The position numbers and the translations under genes are program-made. A DNA stretch of 63,092 nucleotides, counting the filler, from Octopus bimaculoides (lineage: Eukaryota), in NCBI RefSeq assembly GCF_001194135.2. It is 7 parts of 7 records of this genome, joined end to end, with 100 filler letters (N's around TTAATTAATTAA, not from the genome) between each part and the next. Parts side by side here need not be neighbours in the genome. Positions count along the whole stretch, not along the records: positions 1 to 21,636 come from NC_068990.1; 6 more parts are not named here. One strand, given 5' to 3'. Below, in pieces: positions 1 through 11,688 of the stretch. The notes under the pieces are model-generated. The model was given only the letters and a program-made list of their open reading frames with translations, had not been told where the DNA came from and made no database searches. The first letter of the stretch is position 1; each line of letters opens with the position of its first letter.

Positions 1-78
1 GGTGCTTTCACCAACAGCCTGAGAAAAACTTTGCTTTGGCATACTTTCTCCCTGAATGGGAGCGTTGCTTTCGGCTGT

Positions 79-414
79 CGCCATTTTGTCAAAAAGACAA
101 AAATAACAGAAAAAATTCTTGTCGCCAAATGAATGGTATTTTCCTGCCCCGTAGGGCGAAAAACTACTGTTAAACAAACAGTTACAAAAATGTCTCACAA
201 TAACAGACGTAAAAGAACTCACACAGACGTAGCAGCAAAGATATTTGAATCAAGATATAATACTCGAAACAGGAAGTGGCAGAAATGAAAAAAAAAAATG
301 AAATAACGTTGGTATGGATAACCAAATATATATACAGGAAGTTAGCATAGTACGAGATAGGTAACCTCGTTCACTTCCTGCTACCGAGCAAGGCAGGTAA
401 TCTCGTACTTCCTG
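79..414. promoter_or_regulatory. Cluster of CAGGAAGT (ETS-like) motifs plus a YY1-like CGCCATTTT; promoter or transposon subterminal repeats
   Basis: CGCCATTTT 79-87; CAGGAAGT 270-277 and 335-342; ACTTCCTG 373-380 and 407-414; inverted TACGAGAT/ATCTCGTA 351-358/400-407. Confidence 0.25.
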
Positions 415-954
415 TTAAAAAGGTGGGGGGGGGGGGAACAGACGGNNNNNNNNNNGGGGGGGGGGGGGGGAACAGACGGAGATACATACGGGTCGGACCG
501 TTCACAACCTACCCTGAAACTAGACATAACTCTATATACGAACATTTACTTTGTTGTTGCGATCAGAAGGTTAGCCCTTTTTCTTACATTATTAATTTGT
601 CTGAACGTAACAACAGCACACACACACGCATTCATTGTCTTTCATTTGTATGTATGTGTATCTATGCGTGTGCCCAAGTGTGTAACAGTTGAAGTCGCTC
701 GTGCATCTTGTTTGTGTATATATTGGCTTAGTGGTACAGAGTGTTCGGAAACTGTGAATAAAGTGCAAGTTTCGAGTACTTGTCGGTAACTTTTTTCTCC
801 TTGTCTTCTAATAGTAATTACCCAACTTTCTAAGCTCTTCTCTCAGCTATCCCACGTTCAAAAATTATACGGGTATTTAAAAAAAATTTCAATTCAATGA
901 ATAATAAATTACGTATACATTAAATGAATAATATATTGTTTTGTTTATCCTTTT

Positions 955-1215
955 TGCCCCTTGTGGAGCACAGGGCCGGTTTCCATGACGTATGTGTTCC
1001 CCATTAGCTGGATGGGACGCCAGTCCATCGCAGCTTTTACTCAAGAAACAGGAAGAAAGAGTACAACAGGGGTCGCCACCACCCCATGCTGGAGCCTCGA
1101 GGAGCTTTAGGTGTTTTCGCTCTATAAACACACACAACGCCCGGTCTGGGAATCGAAACCGCGATCCTCCGACCGCGAGTCCGCAGCCCTAACCACTGGG
1201 CCATTGCGCCTCCAC
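955..1215 (-). mobile_element. tRNA-derived SINE, family V
   Basis: Minus strand GTGGAGGCGCAATGGCCCAGTGG (A box)...GGTTTCGATTCCC (B box); body similar to copies at 44791 and 47584. Confidence 0.85.
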
Positions 1216-1548
1216 AAATAATATATTACGTATACATAAATAGAATAAACTGTCGGTCTTCCAAATAGCGAATGAAAACTTGAAAGTGAGAGACTTTGCA
1301 GATGAGAATGGAATACTCCGCAGTGAATGCAATGAATATTTAAATTTTCGAGAAATTGGAGTAAAAAAAAATTCAAGAAACTTGAGAAATCGAAATTATA
1401 GGAAATTTCTTAGTACATTAATTTATAAAAATATTTCTAGACGGTCAACCCTTTAATAATTGCTTTCTTTTAGTACTTTTAGTAATTGTTACATACCTAA
1501 GCAGCTTTCTCCATTATAGTATAGATATGCTTTATTGTGCTTTGCTAT

Positions 1549-1728
1549 GCGCGAGCTGGGTGAATCGTTAGCATGCCGGGAAAAGTGTTTAACGGCATTT
1601 CGTCCGTCTTTACGTTCTGAGTTCAAATTCTACCGAGGTGACCTTGCCTTTCATCATTTCAGGGTCGATGGTATCGACTAGCCCCTTTCCCCAAAATTTC
1701 AAACCCTGTGCCTATAGTAAAAAAAATA
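1549..1728 (+). mobile_element. SINE family N (Nin/Deu-like central domain)
   Basis: GAATCGTTAGCATGCCGGG...GTTCTGAGTTCAAATTC...TTTCATC..GGGTCGAT shared with more than 20 copies in the window. Confidence 0.8.
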
Positions 1729-2419
1729 AAGGACTGTGTTTTATTACGCGCGTGATTCCCCTGAAACCAGTTCATGGTACTAAAAACGTTGGTGACCACT
1801 ACCCTACCATATCGGGACCTTATACCGATGTGACAAAATCTTCTTCGTAAACGTAGTCCTCGTCGTCATGATTGCTAGTAGTATCATGTCTCCAAGAAGC
1901 GAACGATGCGTTTTTCAATGCGGTTCATTTACGCACACATAAATACAATATTTCTTTCATAAGTGAAGTTATTTTGATAAACATCTGCACACGTACGTGA
2001 ATGCATCTCTTTATAGATACACTTTCTTATCTATGAAAGCTTGCATAGTACTCAACAATCAGTAGATGATACCAAAAGTTTAACAAATCTCCCTCTCTCT
2101 CTCAGTCTGTCTACCTGTTTTTATGACTTCCTATCATCCCGTCTATCTATCTATCTATCTATCTATCCACAATTGCTGTATGTAACTCTACCTCTCTGTC
2201 TACATCTCCCTCTATCCGTTCACCTGTTGTCTGCCTGTTTTTTTTTTGTTTTTATTTATTATCTGTCTGTATGTTAGATAAAATATTAGACAGAACGATA
2301 AATCTATGAATATATATAGGTTGAAAGTGAGTGTCTGAATGCACATACACACACACACAAACATTCGAGTGTTATATTGAATATAATGCAAAAATGGGTA
2401 TACTTTTTTTATTAATCGA

Positions 2420-3200
2420 CATAGGTCGTTCAAGTTGTCCAGGCTGGTAGAACAACTCTTTTATGCAAAGATACTACTCCTTTGTATAAAGGAAAATGTC
2501 TCCGCCACAAGTGATGCATTTGCACCATCGTTGAATCCAACTTTCGAAGTGACTCTTAAAAAGAATTCGGATGTGTACTACTGTACTTAACTTCTTCACA
2601 ACCAGCCTTCACTTCGTTTGTGTTATGGAATTGTTGTCTTCAAAGACTTTCATTAGATCAAACAAGCACCAGATCTGGACTTTATGGTGAACGAGAGATC
2701 ATTGATTTGATTTGCTCAACATGCTGATTACCGGAATTGTCGCTAAAGAAGCATGTAGCTGCGCAATGTCACGGTAAATGCGGATCGTATTTTCGGGCTC
2801 TTGTGCAGTTTATTTCTCTTAATGGCTTCTCAAAGCTTTTGAAGTGTCTCATTGAAATGCTCACTGTTCACAGCACATCCACGTCGCAGAAAATGAGAGA
2901 GAATGATGCTCTTGTCATTCGAAAAAACAGTTACAATGACTCCATGTATAGATCACTTCTTAAGTCATAAAGAAGAGGTGTGATGCAGTTTTATGTGCCG
3001 AACCTTAGTTTCCGGATCCTAAACATACGACCACGATTCATCGCTTGCAACCGAATCAGAAAAATATGTTTTCATAGGCTTCAAAATTCTTCCACTGGAA
3101 AAGTATGTGCTCCAGTTTGGTCAAGTATCCCTTGAAACAAAGCACGACAGTTAGGAGGTAGTACACAACCAAAACGATGTAGTTATTAACCACTTCTGCC
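2420..3200 (-). pseudogene. Degenerate mariner transposon
   Basis: Minus-strand relics resembling GDESW-Y-DPETK, SPDL and RWCKCITCGGD; TIR-like ATAGGTCGTTCAAG at about 2420; many stops and frameshifts. Confidence 0.7.
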
Positions 3201-3442
3201 CGGCATTTCAGGGATAATTTGTTTTCGGCCCCTTTCGAAATGCGGCTAGTCACCTTACATGCAACCTCCTCTTAATTTCTATCCACCTTTACTCCTAGTA
3301 TCTTCATTAGGCCCTCGATTAGGTGACAAAATCACCAATAGTCAACATGGCTTGTCTCGGTTGATGTCTGCTCCAAGATATAATAATAATAATAATGATA
3401 ATAATAATGATAATGATAATGATAATAATAAAAATAATAGAT

Positions 3443-3696
3443 AAGATCCCAGGAGAACCACGTCTCAGAAAAATCCAAAAGTTTGTGCTGACAGGTACTG
3501 CCCACATCCTTAGAAAAACCCTATCCATTTAAATGTCTGCGTTGTACTACTTGAAGATATTTCGTTACAGCTCTTACCACTTTCTCCCCCCCCCCCAAGC
3601 TTTCAGTTATACCGTAACATTTCTTATCCTTCACTTGCCCTAGGGCGTTGGGTGTGTCTCGGCAAGTGAATGTAACAAATACGCAAATTAAAAGTA

Positions 3697-3700
<4 letters not shown>
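3443..3700 (+). mobile_element. R4/Dong-like LINE 3' end, family A
   Basis: KIPGEPRLRKIQKFVLTGTAHILRKTLSI* then a 3'UTR also found at 5396-5560 and 47914-48085; (AAT)n on both sides. Confidence 0.8.
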
Positions 3701-3739
<39 letters not shown>

Positions 3740-3740
3740 G

Positions 3741-4482
3741 CAGTACCAGGCAGTTGCTTTCATGGCTACTCATCTTAACTGATTGGAAGTGTTATCATGT
3801 ACATTATTTTATCTTGGTACAAAAAGATGGGCTACAGCAAATATTCTGCTCATACCACAGATTTACTTATCAGTTGTTTAACCTTAATCAGTTGAGCATG
3901 TCCCTAAGTGGCTGACAATATATGAATCTCTGATCACGAGCAGAAGTAGTGGGGGAGCATCATAACCATGTGTTGAAAGGAATTCTTTGGGGTTTGGATA
4001 AATCACCTCTGGAAACATTGGTATTTTGTTCAACATCCTTAAACACCTCTTATTCAGGAATCTTTTGAGCGGAATGGGCTACTCGACCTGAAGAAAAAAT
4101 TCAAACCGGGCCACACCTGTAAGGTTATGCGGTGTTAATCTTGATATGAGATCACCATGTCGCACACATATGGTTGTGATGCATGTGAGAAGCCATTAAG
4201 AGAAATAAACTGCACAAGAGCCCGAAAATACGATCCGCATTTACCGTGACATTGCGCAGCTACATGTTTCTTTAGCAACAATTACGGTAATCAGCATATT
4301 GAGCAAATCAATGGTCTTTCGTCCACCATAAAGTCCAGATCTGGTGCTTGTTTGGTCTAATGGGAATCTTCGAAGACATGTGCCTGGTGTACCCTTATCA
4401 GATGAGTAGTCATGATGGGTATACTGGGCTTCGTATATTTTACCCCAGTGTCACTTTGATGGCATGCACTACTCTCTCACTG
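3741..4482 (+). mobile_element. Non-coding dispersed element (about 550 bp plus a 189-bp insertion) sitting in (AAT)n
   Basis: Second partial copy at 6595-6768; both ends abut AAT repeats; no ORF; strand inferred from AAT polarity. Confidence 0.65.
4188..4376 (+). other. Inverted copy of mariner relic segment 2635-2830, flanked by CATGTG direct repeats
   Basis: Reverse complement of 2635-2830, first ~80 nt identical; CATGTG at 4182-4187 and 4377-4382. Confidence 0.85.
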
Positions 4483-4530
4483 AATAATAATAATAATAAT
4501 TATGTTGATAATAATAATGATAATAATAGA

Positions 4531-4699
4531 AATTGGAATAGAGTACCCAGTAGAACTGTTACAAAAGGTTTACCTCCTTGGCAAGGCGAGAATAATCAGA
4601 AAAGTATTAGATAGCTGAAAATAACAGAAAGCGTGGTACCGTAGGCTGCAGTTAGTAAGCCCACTCTGCATGCAAGACTCCAGGAGTATGATAAAGAGA

Positions 4700-4700
<1 letters not shown>
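4531..4700 (+). mobile_element. R4/Dong-like LINE 3' end, family B
   Basis: IGIEYPVELLQKVYLLGKARIIRKVLDS* then a distinct ~100-nt 3'UTR and (AAT)n. Confidence 0.75.
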
Positions 4701-4744
<44 letters not shown>

Positions 4745-4748
<4 letters not shown>

Positions 4749-5560
4749 GTAGTCCAATATAGTTTTAACACCATTAACTGGAATCTCACAGAGCTCCAAC
4801 GCCTAGACAAGAAAACTACTAACATCTAAGAACATGCACCACCCAAAAGCAGACGTTGATCGTCTGTACCTACATACATACATATATATATATAAGGAAG
4901 AGGAATATTGCAGGTAGAACTGTGCTATAAGACCTCCACAATAGCAATGAACAGGTACTTACCTAGTACAGAAAACTGGATTCTGCGGCTTGTGTGCTAA
5001 CACGAAAGCAGCAAAAATCACATTCTTTTGTCAAGGAAGCTTGCAAATTCGCAAGGGAACATGGCATTAACCCTGAAATAGTTGAAGAATCCGAAACCAC
5101 TGCCACAAAACAAACAAAACGGATCGAGCAGACTGCAAAAAAGAACGGGCAGAAACAAATTGAGGAGCGGTAGAGCCAGAAGCCTCTGCCTGGAAAATAT
5201 ATACTTCGAAGTCGAAATGCTAATGTAGACCAAGCAACAACTCATTAGTGACTGATAAGTTCAGGACTGAAAGCACTGAAGGTTTCATATTGGCAGCACA
5301 AGATCAAAGCTTGCTTATCAAAAATCTACCAAACTACAATCCAAAAGATTGTGCTAACAAGTAGTGCCCATATCCTTAGTAAAAACCCAATCAGTTTAAA
5401 TGTCTGTTTTGTATTACATGAAGATATTTCGCTACTGCTCCTGCTACTTTCTCTCACCAAGCTTTCAGTCATACTGTAACATCTCTTATCCTTCTCTCGC
5501 CTTAGGACGCTGGGTGTGTCTCGGCAAGTGATTGTAACAAACATACAGATTAAAAGTAAA
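4745..5560 (+). pseudogene. R4/Dong-like LINE family A, 5'-truncated and internally deleted
   Basis: NWNLTELQRLDKK...HHPKADVDRLYL...GRGILQVELCYKTS...TEGFILAAQDQSL, then jumps to the family A C-terminus and 3'UTR. Confidence 0.85.
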
Positions 5561-5567
5561 AAAAAAT

Positions 5568-5752
5568 TCCTTCCTACTATAGGTACAAGACCTGAAAGTT
5601 TTTGCTCGACTGGTACTTTTGTCATCGACCTTCGAAAGAATGTAAATTAAATTCGTCCTCGGCGGGATTTGAACTAAGAACGTAAATACGGAAGGAATGC
5701 TGCTAATTCTTTTGCCCGGCGTGGTAAACATTCTGCTATCTCACTGTCATTT
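5568..5752 (-). mobile_element. SINE family N
   Basis: Reverse-complement family N motifs, directly after the Dong A-rich tail. Confidence 0.75.
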
Positions 5753-5799
5753 TATAATAATAATAATGGTGATGGTGATGGTGATGGTGATGGTGATGA

Positions 5800-6200
5800 A
5801 CAAAAAGAGTGTAAAATAACAAAGCCAATCCATATCAGAATAAGAGAAAATATTTCAAGAGGATTTCTTTTTTCCAATCATCTCTCTGAATCTGATAATT
5901 GGAATCGACTTGTCTAAACCTGATTTGATGTGAATACAATTGCTTTGAATGACGACCAACTATCTATTGCATATGAATGATCCGAAGCTGTTTGGTGCAG
6001 ATGACAAACAACTGTAAAACCTTATTGTATACAGTACATGGATTGAATACAATTGACATGAATTGTGGTATAGAAAATTTGGCGAAGGCAATGTGAAAGG
6101 TCTGGTAATTAATAAAAGCATTAAAAATAAGAATCACGTTATATGAATGAAATGATAGGAATTTGAGAATCCGATCACGAACAGAATTACAAATAAGAAC
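5800..6200 (+). pseudogene. Highly degenerate R4/Dong-like reverse transcriptase fragment
   Basis: YLLHMNDPKLFGADDKQL resembles HLLYMDDLKLFA; preceded by AAT/GAT repeats. Confidence 0.55.
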
Positions 6201-6594
6201 GAAGTTTACAATGATAAAAGTATTATACATGTATTAGATTTGTATTTAAACTAAGCAAATTCTAAAGAATAAGGAAACAAACCGACTTCTCTGTCGATTT
6301 CGGCCACAAGCGTTTAGTTGTTCGATCAAGTGAATCTCTAGTTCTTTACTAGTGAAATAAAGTGCAAGAAATTGAATAGTCCACAGGCACGGTTACCCAT
6401 AACACTGTGTAACAAAATTTTAAAATGTTCTTGCCTTTGGTCAGTAATTATTTCCGATTTGTTTCTATTTAGAAATCAAAGGGAATCACTACTATTCCAT
6501 TCAAACTTTACTTTTGTGACCTGGACATCAATGTTTTGAAACTGACTTATTTTCCATTCTGGATTCAGCGTTGAGTTGCTGAAACAGAAATATC

Positions 6595-6768
6595 ATTACA
6601 GCAAATATTCTACTCAATACCACAGATTTGCTTGTCTGTTGCTTGACCTAAACGAGTTGAGCATGTCCCTTAGTGGCTGACAGTACGTGCATCTCTGATC
6701 ACGAGCAGGAGTAGTGGGGGAGTATCATAGCCATGTGTTGAAAGGGATCCTTTGGGGTTTGATTAAAT
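6595..6768 (+). mobile_element. Partial copy of the 3741-4482 element
   Basis: GAGCATGTCCCTTAGTGGCTGAC...CTCTGATCACGAGCAG..GTAGTGGGGGAG matches 3895-3990. Confidence 0.8.
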
Positions 6769-7618
6769 ATAACAAAGGTGAAGTTTGAAGGAAATATTAG
6801 CCATTTTTCATACATTCTAGGGATAAGCAAGTAAGAAATAACAGTTACAACCCAAGAATAAAAATCGTGTTACACAGTGTAATCCAATATTCTTAAGCAG
6901 AATTAGTGTGACACTATCTGATAAGGCTGGCCACTTGAATAACAAGTTTAGTCGGTGGGAGAGGGAATGACAGAGAATTGAAATGGTATTTTATTCATCG
7001 ATCTTGAAAAGATGTAAGGAAAATGAACGTCGGGTAGATTTGAACTCAGATCACGAAGAGTAGGAAAAATATACTGTAAAGTTATTCGACGTTTTAACGA
7101 CTTCGGCAGTTCGCTGTTTTTAGGTTATAAAGTGGCGTCGTTTAGGTGTCCGACGAAACTGTTTGCGGTAAGTATTTCGGTACACAGCGTTCTGAGTTCA
7201 CATCCAGCTGAAGCCAATTTTTCTTTTCATCTATCCAAAACCAATGATTAAAATTTCAGCCAAAGACAGTTGACTACTGGAAATGTTAGAGCGTTGGAAG
7301 AGAAGTTGCTTTGCGATATTTGCTTTGATTACTTATATTTTTAGTTCCAGTCCCACCATGGCTTTTGAGTGGACGACTTAATCCGTTACTCGATTTAACA
7401 TCACCACCTTGCACCTTGTGCATCTTTAGCAGAGTCCGCTGTCTTGCAAGCGTTCGGACCTAGTCTCTTCCTTCCCCCCACCATCCTGGAGGCTCTGTAA
7501 AGAATTAAGCATGCTGCCATCCGTCCTGATTAAAAGGTTTTTTAAAGATGCATCAATAAGCTATCTGCTCCATTAAATAAGAATTATAATATTCTGAATT
7601 GGATTTGCAAGACTAAAT

Positions 7619-8802
7619 GTACGAAATAGCCTCGAGTAGAGTAGAAAGGATGGAACAAAGATGCGGTGTGTTTATCAGAAAATGGCTTCGTTTTCGAAAA
7701 TTACTGAATGCAACTGCACTATATGGAAAACCCATGCTGCAACTACCAATAACATCAATCACCGAAGAATATAAGGCAGGACAGGCAAGGACAGTAATGA
7801 TGCTAAGGTATTCGAAAGATCAGAACGTCCGAGAAAACCCTCCAAAGGTACGAACAGGGAGGAAATGGAAAGCGGAAGAGGCAGTAAACAGGGCGATCAG
7901 AAAGCTAAGGCACGCTGATATAGTTGGAGCGAAGCAAAAAGTAAGAGCCGGTCTAGGGTTGCACAATTTCAAGCCATTTTGCATGCGCAGTGTAAAAGAC
8001 ATGAAAGAGGCAGTGGTACACGAAGTGAGAAAGGAGGAAGAAGAAAGGCGAAATGTACATTTGGTGCAATGTAGTCAATAGGGACAGTGCCTCAGATGGG
8101 AGGAATATGTGGTCAGTCGCAGAATCTCATGGAAGGAACTTTGGTCTTGAGAACAAGCAAGGACATCCTTCCTGATCAAGTTTACCTTCGACGTTTTACC
8201 TTCACCGGCGAAGTTAGTCCGGTGGAACATACACACAACTCATGAATGTAGATGCGGAGAGAAAGCGACGGTAAGGCATGTTCTGTCAAACTGCAGGCTA
8301 GCACTAGACAGATATACATGGCGTCACAATGAAGTCCTCGGTGTCATAATCGCAGCACTCAAGAAGAAGATCGAGAGATATAATAAGAGAGAATACCCAA
8401 AAGTGGAAAAGCGCGGAAAAATATATTTAAATATATTACTCCATTCGATTTTTCCGATTTTTTCATTTCACCTCTACCCAAACGATTTTGTATGAATGTA
8501 AGTGTTCGTCCTTTGTAATGTCCCTCTATGTTTACCTTTCATAGGTAAATAAAGAAATACGCCCGCTGACATTCGTTGACGCTGCATCGAAGAAACCAAA
8601 GAACAGAAGAAAAAAGGAGAAAGAAGAAACGCACTCAACACCAGAGCTGAAGCCTACTCCGAAAGGAGTGGGGTTCACCACGTCGAAAACGGTAGAAGAG
8701 TAGGGGCCAAAAAGGACGTGGTTCTTCCTGTTGATGTCTTTAGCCACTGGATCCTATATAGGAGCTGTTGAGGTAGCGAACCATGAAACGTGGTTGGAAT
8801 TC
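7619..8802 (+). mobile_element. 5'-truncated RLE-type non-LTR retrotransposon, HERO-like, with 25-bp TSD
   Basis: TGRKWKAEEAV..RLRHADIVG..GRAGLG-like segment, CRCG..HVLSNC zinc knuckle, YTWRHNEVL; CTGAATTGGATTTGCAAGACTAAAT at 7594-7618 and 8803-8827. Confidence 0.8.
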
Positions 8803-9561
8803 CTGAATTGGATTTGCAAGACTAAATAAGAAAACAAGAACGATAATGACTGCTTTACATTCATAATGGAATATTATAAAATTGGAACAAGGAGAACATA
8901 ATGGCTACATTATGTTTGTATCCAAAAGCCGACACAAAAATGTTTCTACGAATTCAGTGAAGCAGAAGACAGCTGTGATAAAGAAAAAAAAAATTAAAAT
9001 ATCTACTTAAAGATGAGAAAATAGATAGTAAAGAATTGATAAAAAAAACTAATTATTAGTAGTTTCAAAAGATGAATACATTGAAAAAAAAAAAAAAAGA
9101 GAAAACAAGCGAAGAAAAAAGAAACAAAAAGAACTGTTGTCTGTCTTCAAGGAGACGAACATGGATAAATAAGTTTCTGAAGCGTCGAAGAAGCGTCTAA
9201 GCAGTCACTCGATATACCAGAAATAGAAGTTAAATCGCTTTCAAACTACAACCCCTACCGTCTTAAAAAAGGAAGAAAACATTGTATAATGTATTCCGGA
9301 TAATGTACATAAATTACGCCTAAAAGAAAAGAACAAATGATGTGGTTATAGTTGAAATGCCTTTGCTCATTGGTCTTGCTCTCTTTGATCAAACCGTACT
9401 TGGTGCTAAGCAACATCAACAATATAGGCACACATCCATAATTTCTAAGAGGGGCGGAGTCAATTACACCAACTGTAATTACTTTACTGATTTCCCCCAC
9501 CCAGTCAAAATGAATAAGGCGTTCATATAATACCAGACTTATGGGTACTGGAGGCACTGTA

Positions 9562-10444
9562 CGAGATGCATTCAAAAAGTATCCGACTATATTTTTTCTT
9601 GCCAAAACTAATGCTGCATAAGCAAAATCCTTTGAGTGAGAGATGACGCCAACCTTCCTGCGTATGTGCGAAACTTTTCGTGCCAGTAGGCCGTGTCATT
9701 TCCTGGCTGTTACGCCTAGAGTATAGACGTGTAGCGCGAGCTCGTTGGATTTTCATTTTCAAGCAAGCTGACTAAACGCAGAGAGCAGAGATATTGTATC
9801 AAGTTTTGCAAAAAGCTTGGTGATACTGAAACTCAAACTATCCTGAAAATTCAGCAGCCTTGGGTAATGATGCCATGAGCAAAGCTCAGACCAAGGAGTG
9901 GTGTAACCGCTCTAAAAATGGCTGCACCTCAGTAGAGAGCGAGGCACCTCAAGTAGGCCATCCACGAGGAGTCGAGTGAGAAGGTTCGGCGAATATTCAT
10001 GGAATACCATAGTGTGACATTCTAGAAAATTACTCGCGAAGTGGTAATAAGCACAGGATCAGTGCATTCCATTTGTGTATGCGGAGAGTGTCGGCATCTC
10101 ATAATCCAAGTTTTCCTGGTAAAGAACAACACACCACTTGTTCAGCAGGCTCCCTACTCCCCCAACTTGGTACCGTGTGACTTCTGGTTCTTCCCAAAAA
10201 TGAAAACAACTCTGAAAGGGAAGCGATTTGTGTCGCGAGACGAAATTATGAGAGAAGCAACGGCGGGGCGCCATAGCATTCCAGAAAAGGCGTTCCAGAG
10301 GTGTTACCAGCAATGACAGAACCACTTGGAGAAGTGTGGGGACTCCCAAGGGACGTATTCTGAAGACGATAAAATAAAATTTGTGAAATGTACAAAATAG
10401 TTTCTTTTATGCCCAAAGATCGGACACTTTTTAAACGCACTTTG
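9562..10444 (+). mobile_element. Internally deleted mariner transposon
   Basis: TA-flanked TIRs CGAGATGCATTCAAAAAGTATCCGA / TCGGACACTTTTTAAACGCACTTTG; EQRYCIKF, PYSPNLVPCDFWFFPKMK, LKGKRF. Confidence 0.9.
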
Positions 10445-11688
10445 TACATAAATCAGTCATAATGTAAACATAAATGCAAGATGAGACAGTAACTAATAAA
10501 GTCAGCTCTATCTCTAATGTATGACATTTTTCAAGGAAACTATTTAATTCGGCATCCCTCCTGCAGGTGATGATATATTACGTAGGAGTTGTACGTATTC
10601 TCTACAACTACCTTTCAGGGATATCTAACCTACCCCCAGCCCATTTCTGGATGAGGCTAGTCACTCTTATTCATTGTCTTGTTACAGTGTCTATCCCCCT
10701 GTAGATCTGAACAGAATCAGATCCCAAACTTTTGTGTGTAGAATTGGGGAGATGAAATCTATGCGACCACCCATCGAATGGATTGTACCTGTAATTCAAA
10801 CGTATAAGCTTGTTTAACTCTGGATCAGATTGATTTCATCGGAGGATTAAGCTAATGGTACACCGTAGAATACTCAGCCGATTACATGATAATTCAATGA
10901 AAAGTAATTCAATTCACTGAACAACAGCATACTCACCGTTGAAAACGACGGATATCCATTTTATTTTTACTTTTATCCTAATACTGTTCAGTCTATCTCT
11001 GACAGCAGTTGAATAAAACTTCGAATGCTTACAAATTCTATAGACAAACTATAAATCATATCTTCTAAACTGATGATTTAAGAACATATGTAATAGACAG
11101 CAACTCTAAGCAGGAAAACTTACTAAAGCTGTACATAAATCTAGCAAATGTCATCAAAATTGATTATAGGATTAAACAACTATGACAAAACATCTCTAAG
11201 AAAAGGCAAATCAATTGAAACATTTGATTATGTTTAGATATAATTATATGTAGATTATAGATATTTAGTGTTGAGAAATTAGAATCACCAATATAAGTAT
11301 TACAGTTTTCATATTTCTGTGCCACATAAACTCGCGGAGATACGAGTACCATTCGAATGCTGGGGTCGATGTAATCGGCTTAACCCCTCCCCCAAAAGTG
11401 CTGGCCTTGTGCCAAAATTTGAAACCAATATAATATTTCACCGACCACATATATCATCGCTGTTAACTACTATAACAATTCCTATTCCACATATTCTGCA
11501 TGCATCCTTTATAATCAACACTTGTTACAATTGCAACTCTTATATCACATATTCTACATAATTACCACATTCCACACATTTTACACATATTTCATTTAAT
11601 CACCACCAAGTGCCAAAACAACCTCTCTACGACATTTTCAACTTCACTACCTTGTAATATAACAACTCATGCATCATATATTCTACAT

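Noticed and set aside
423-480. Duplicated GGGGGGAACAGACGG on both sides of a 10-N gap
   Set aside because: Contig-overlap artefact at a homopolymer, not a biological repeat.
1135-1215. tRNA-like sequence (also 44955-45035, 47418-47500, 47584-47660)
   Set aside because: A/B boxes continue into SINE bodies and the cloverleaf is not well formed; these are SINE heads, not tRNA genes.
11050-11125. CTGATGA...GAAA
   Set aside because: No stems I, II or III can be formed; chance match.
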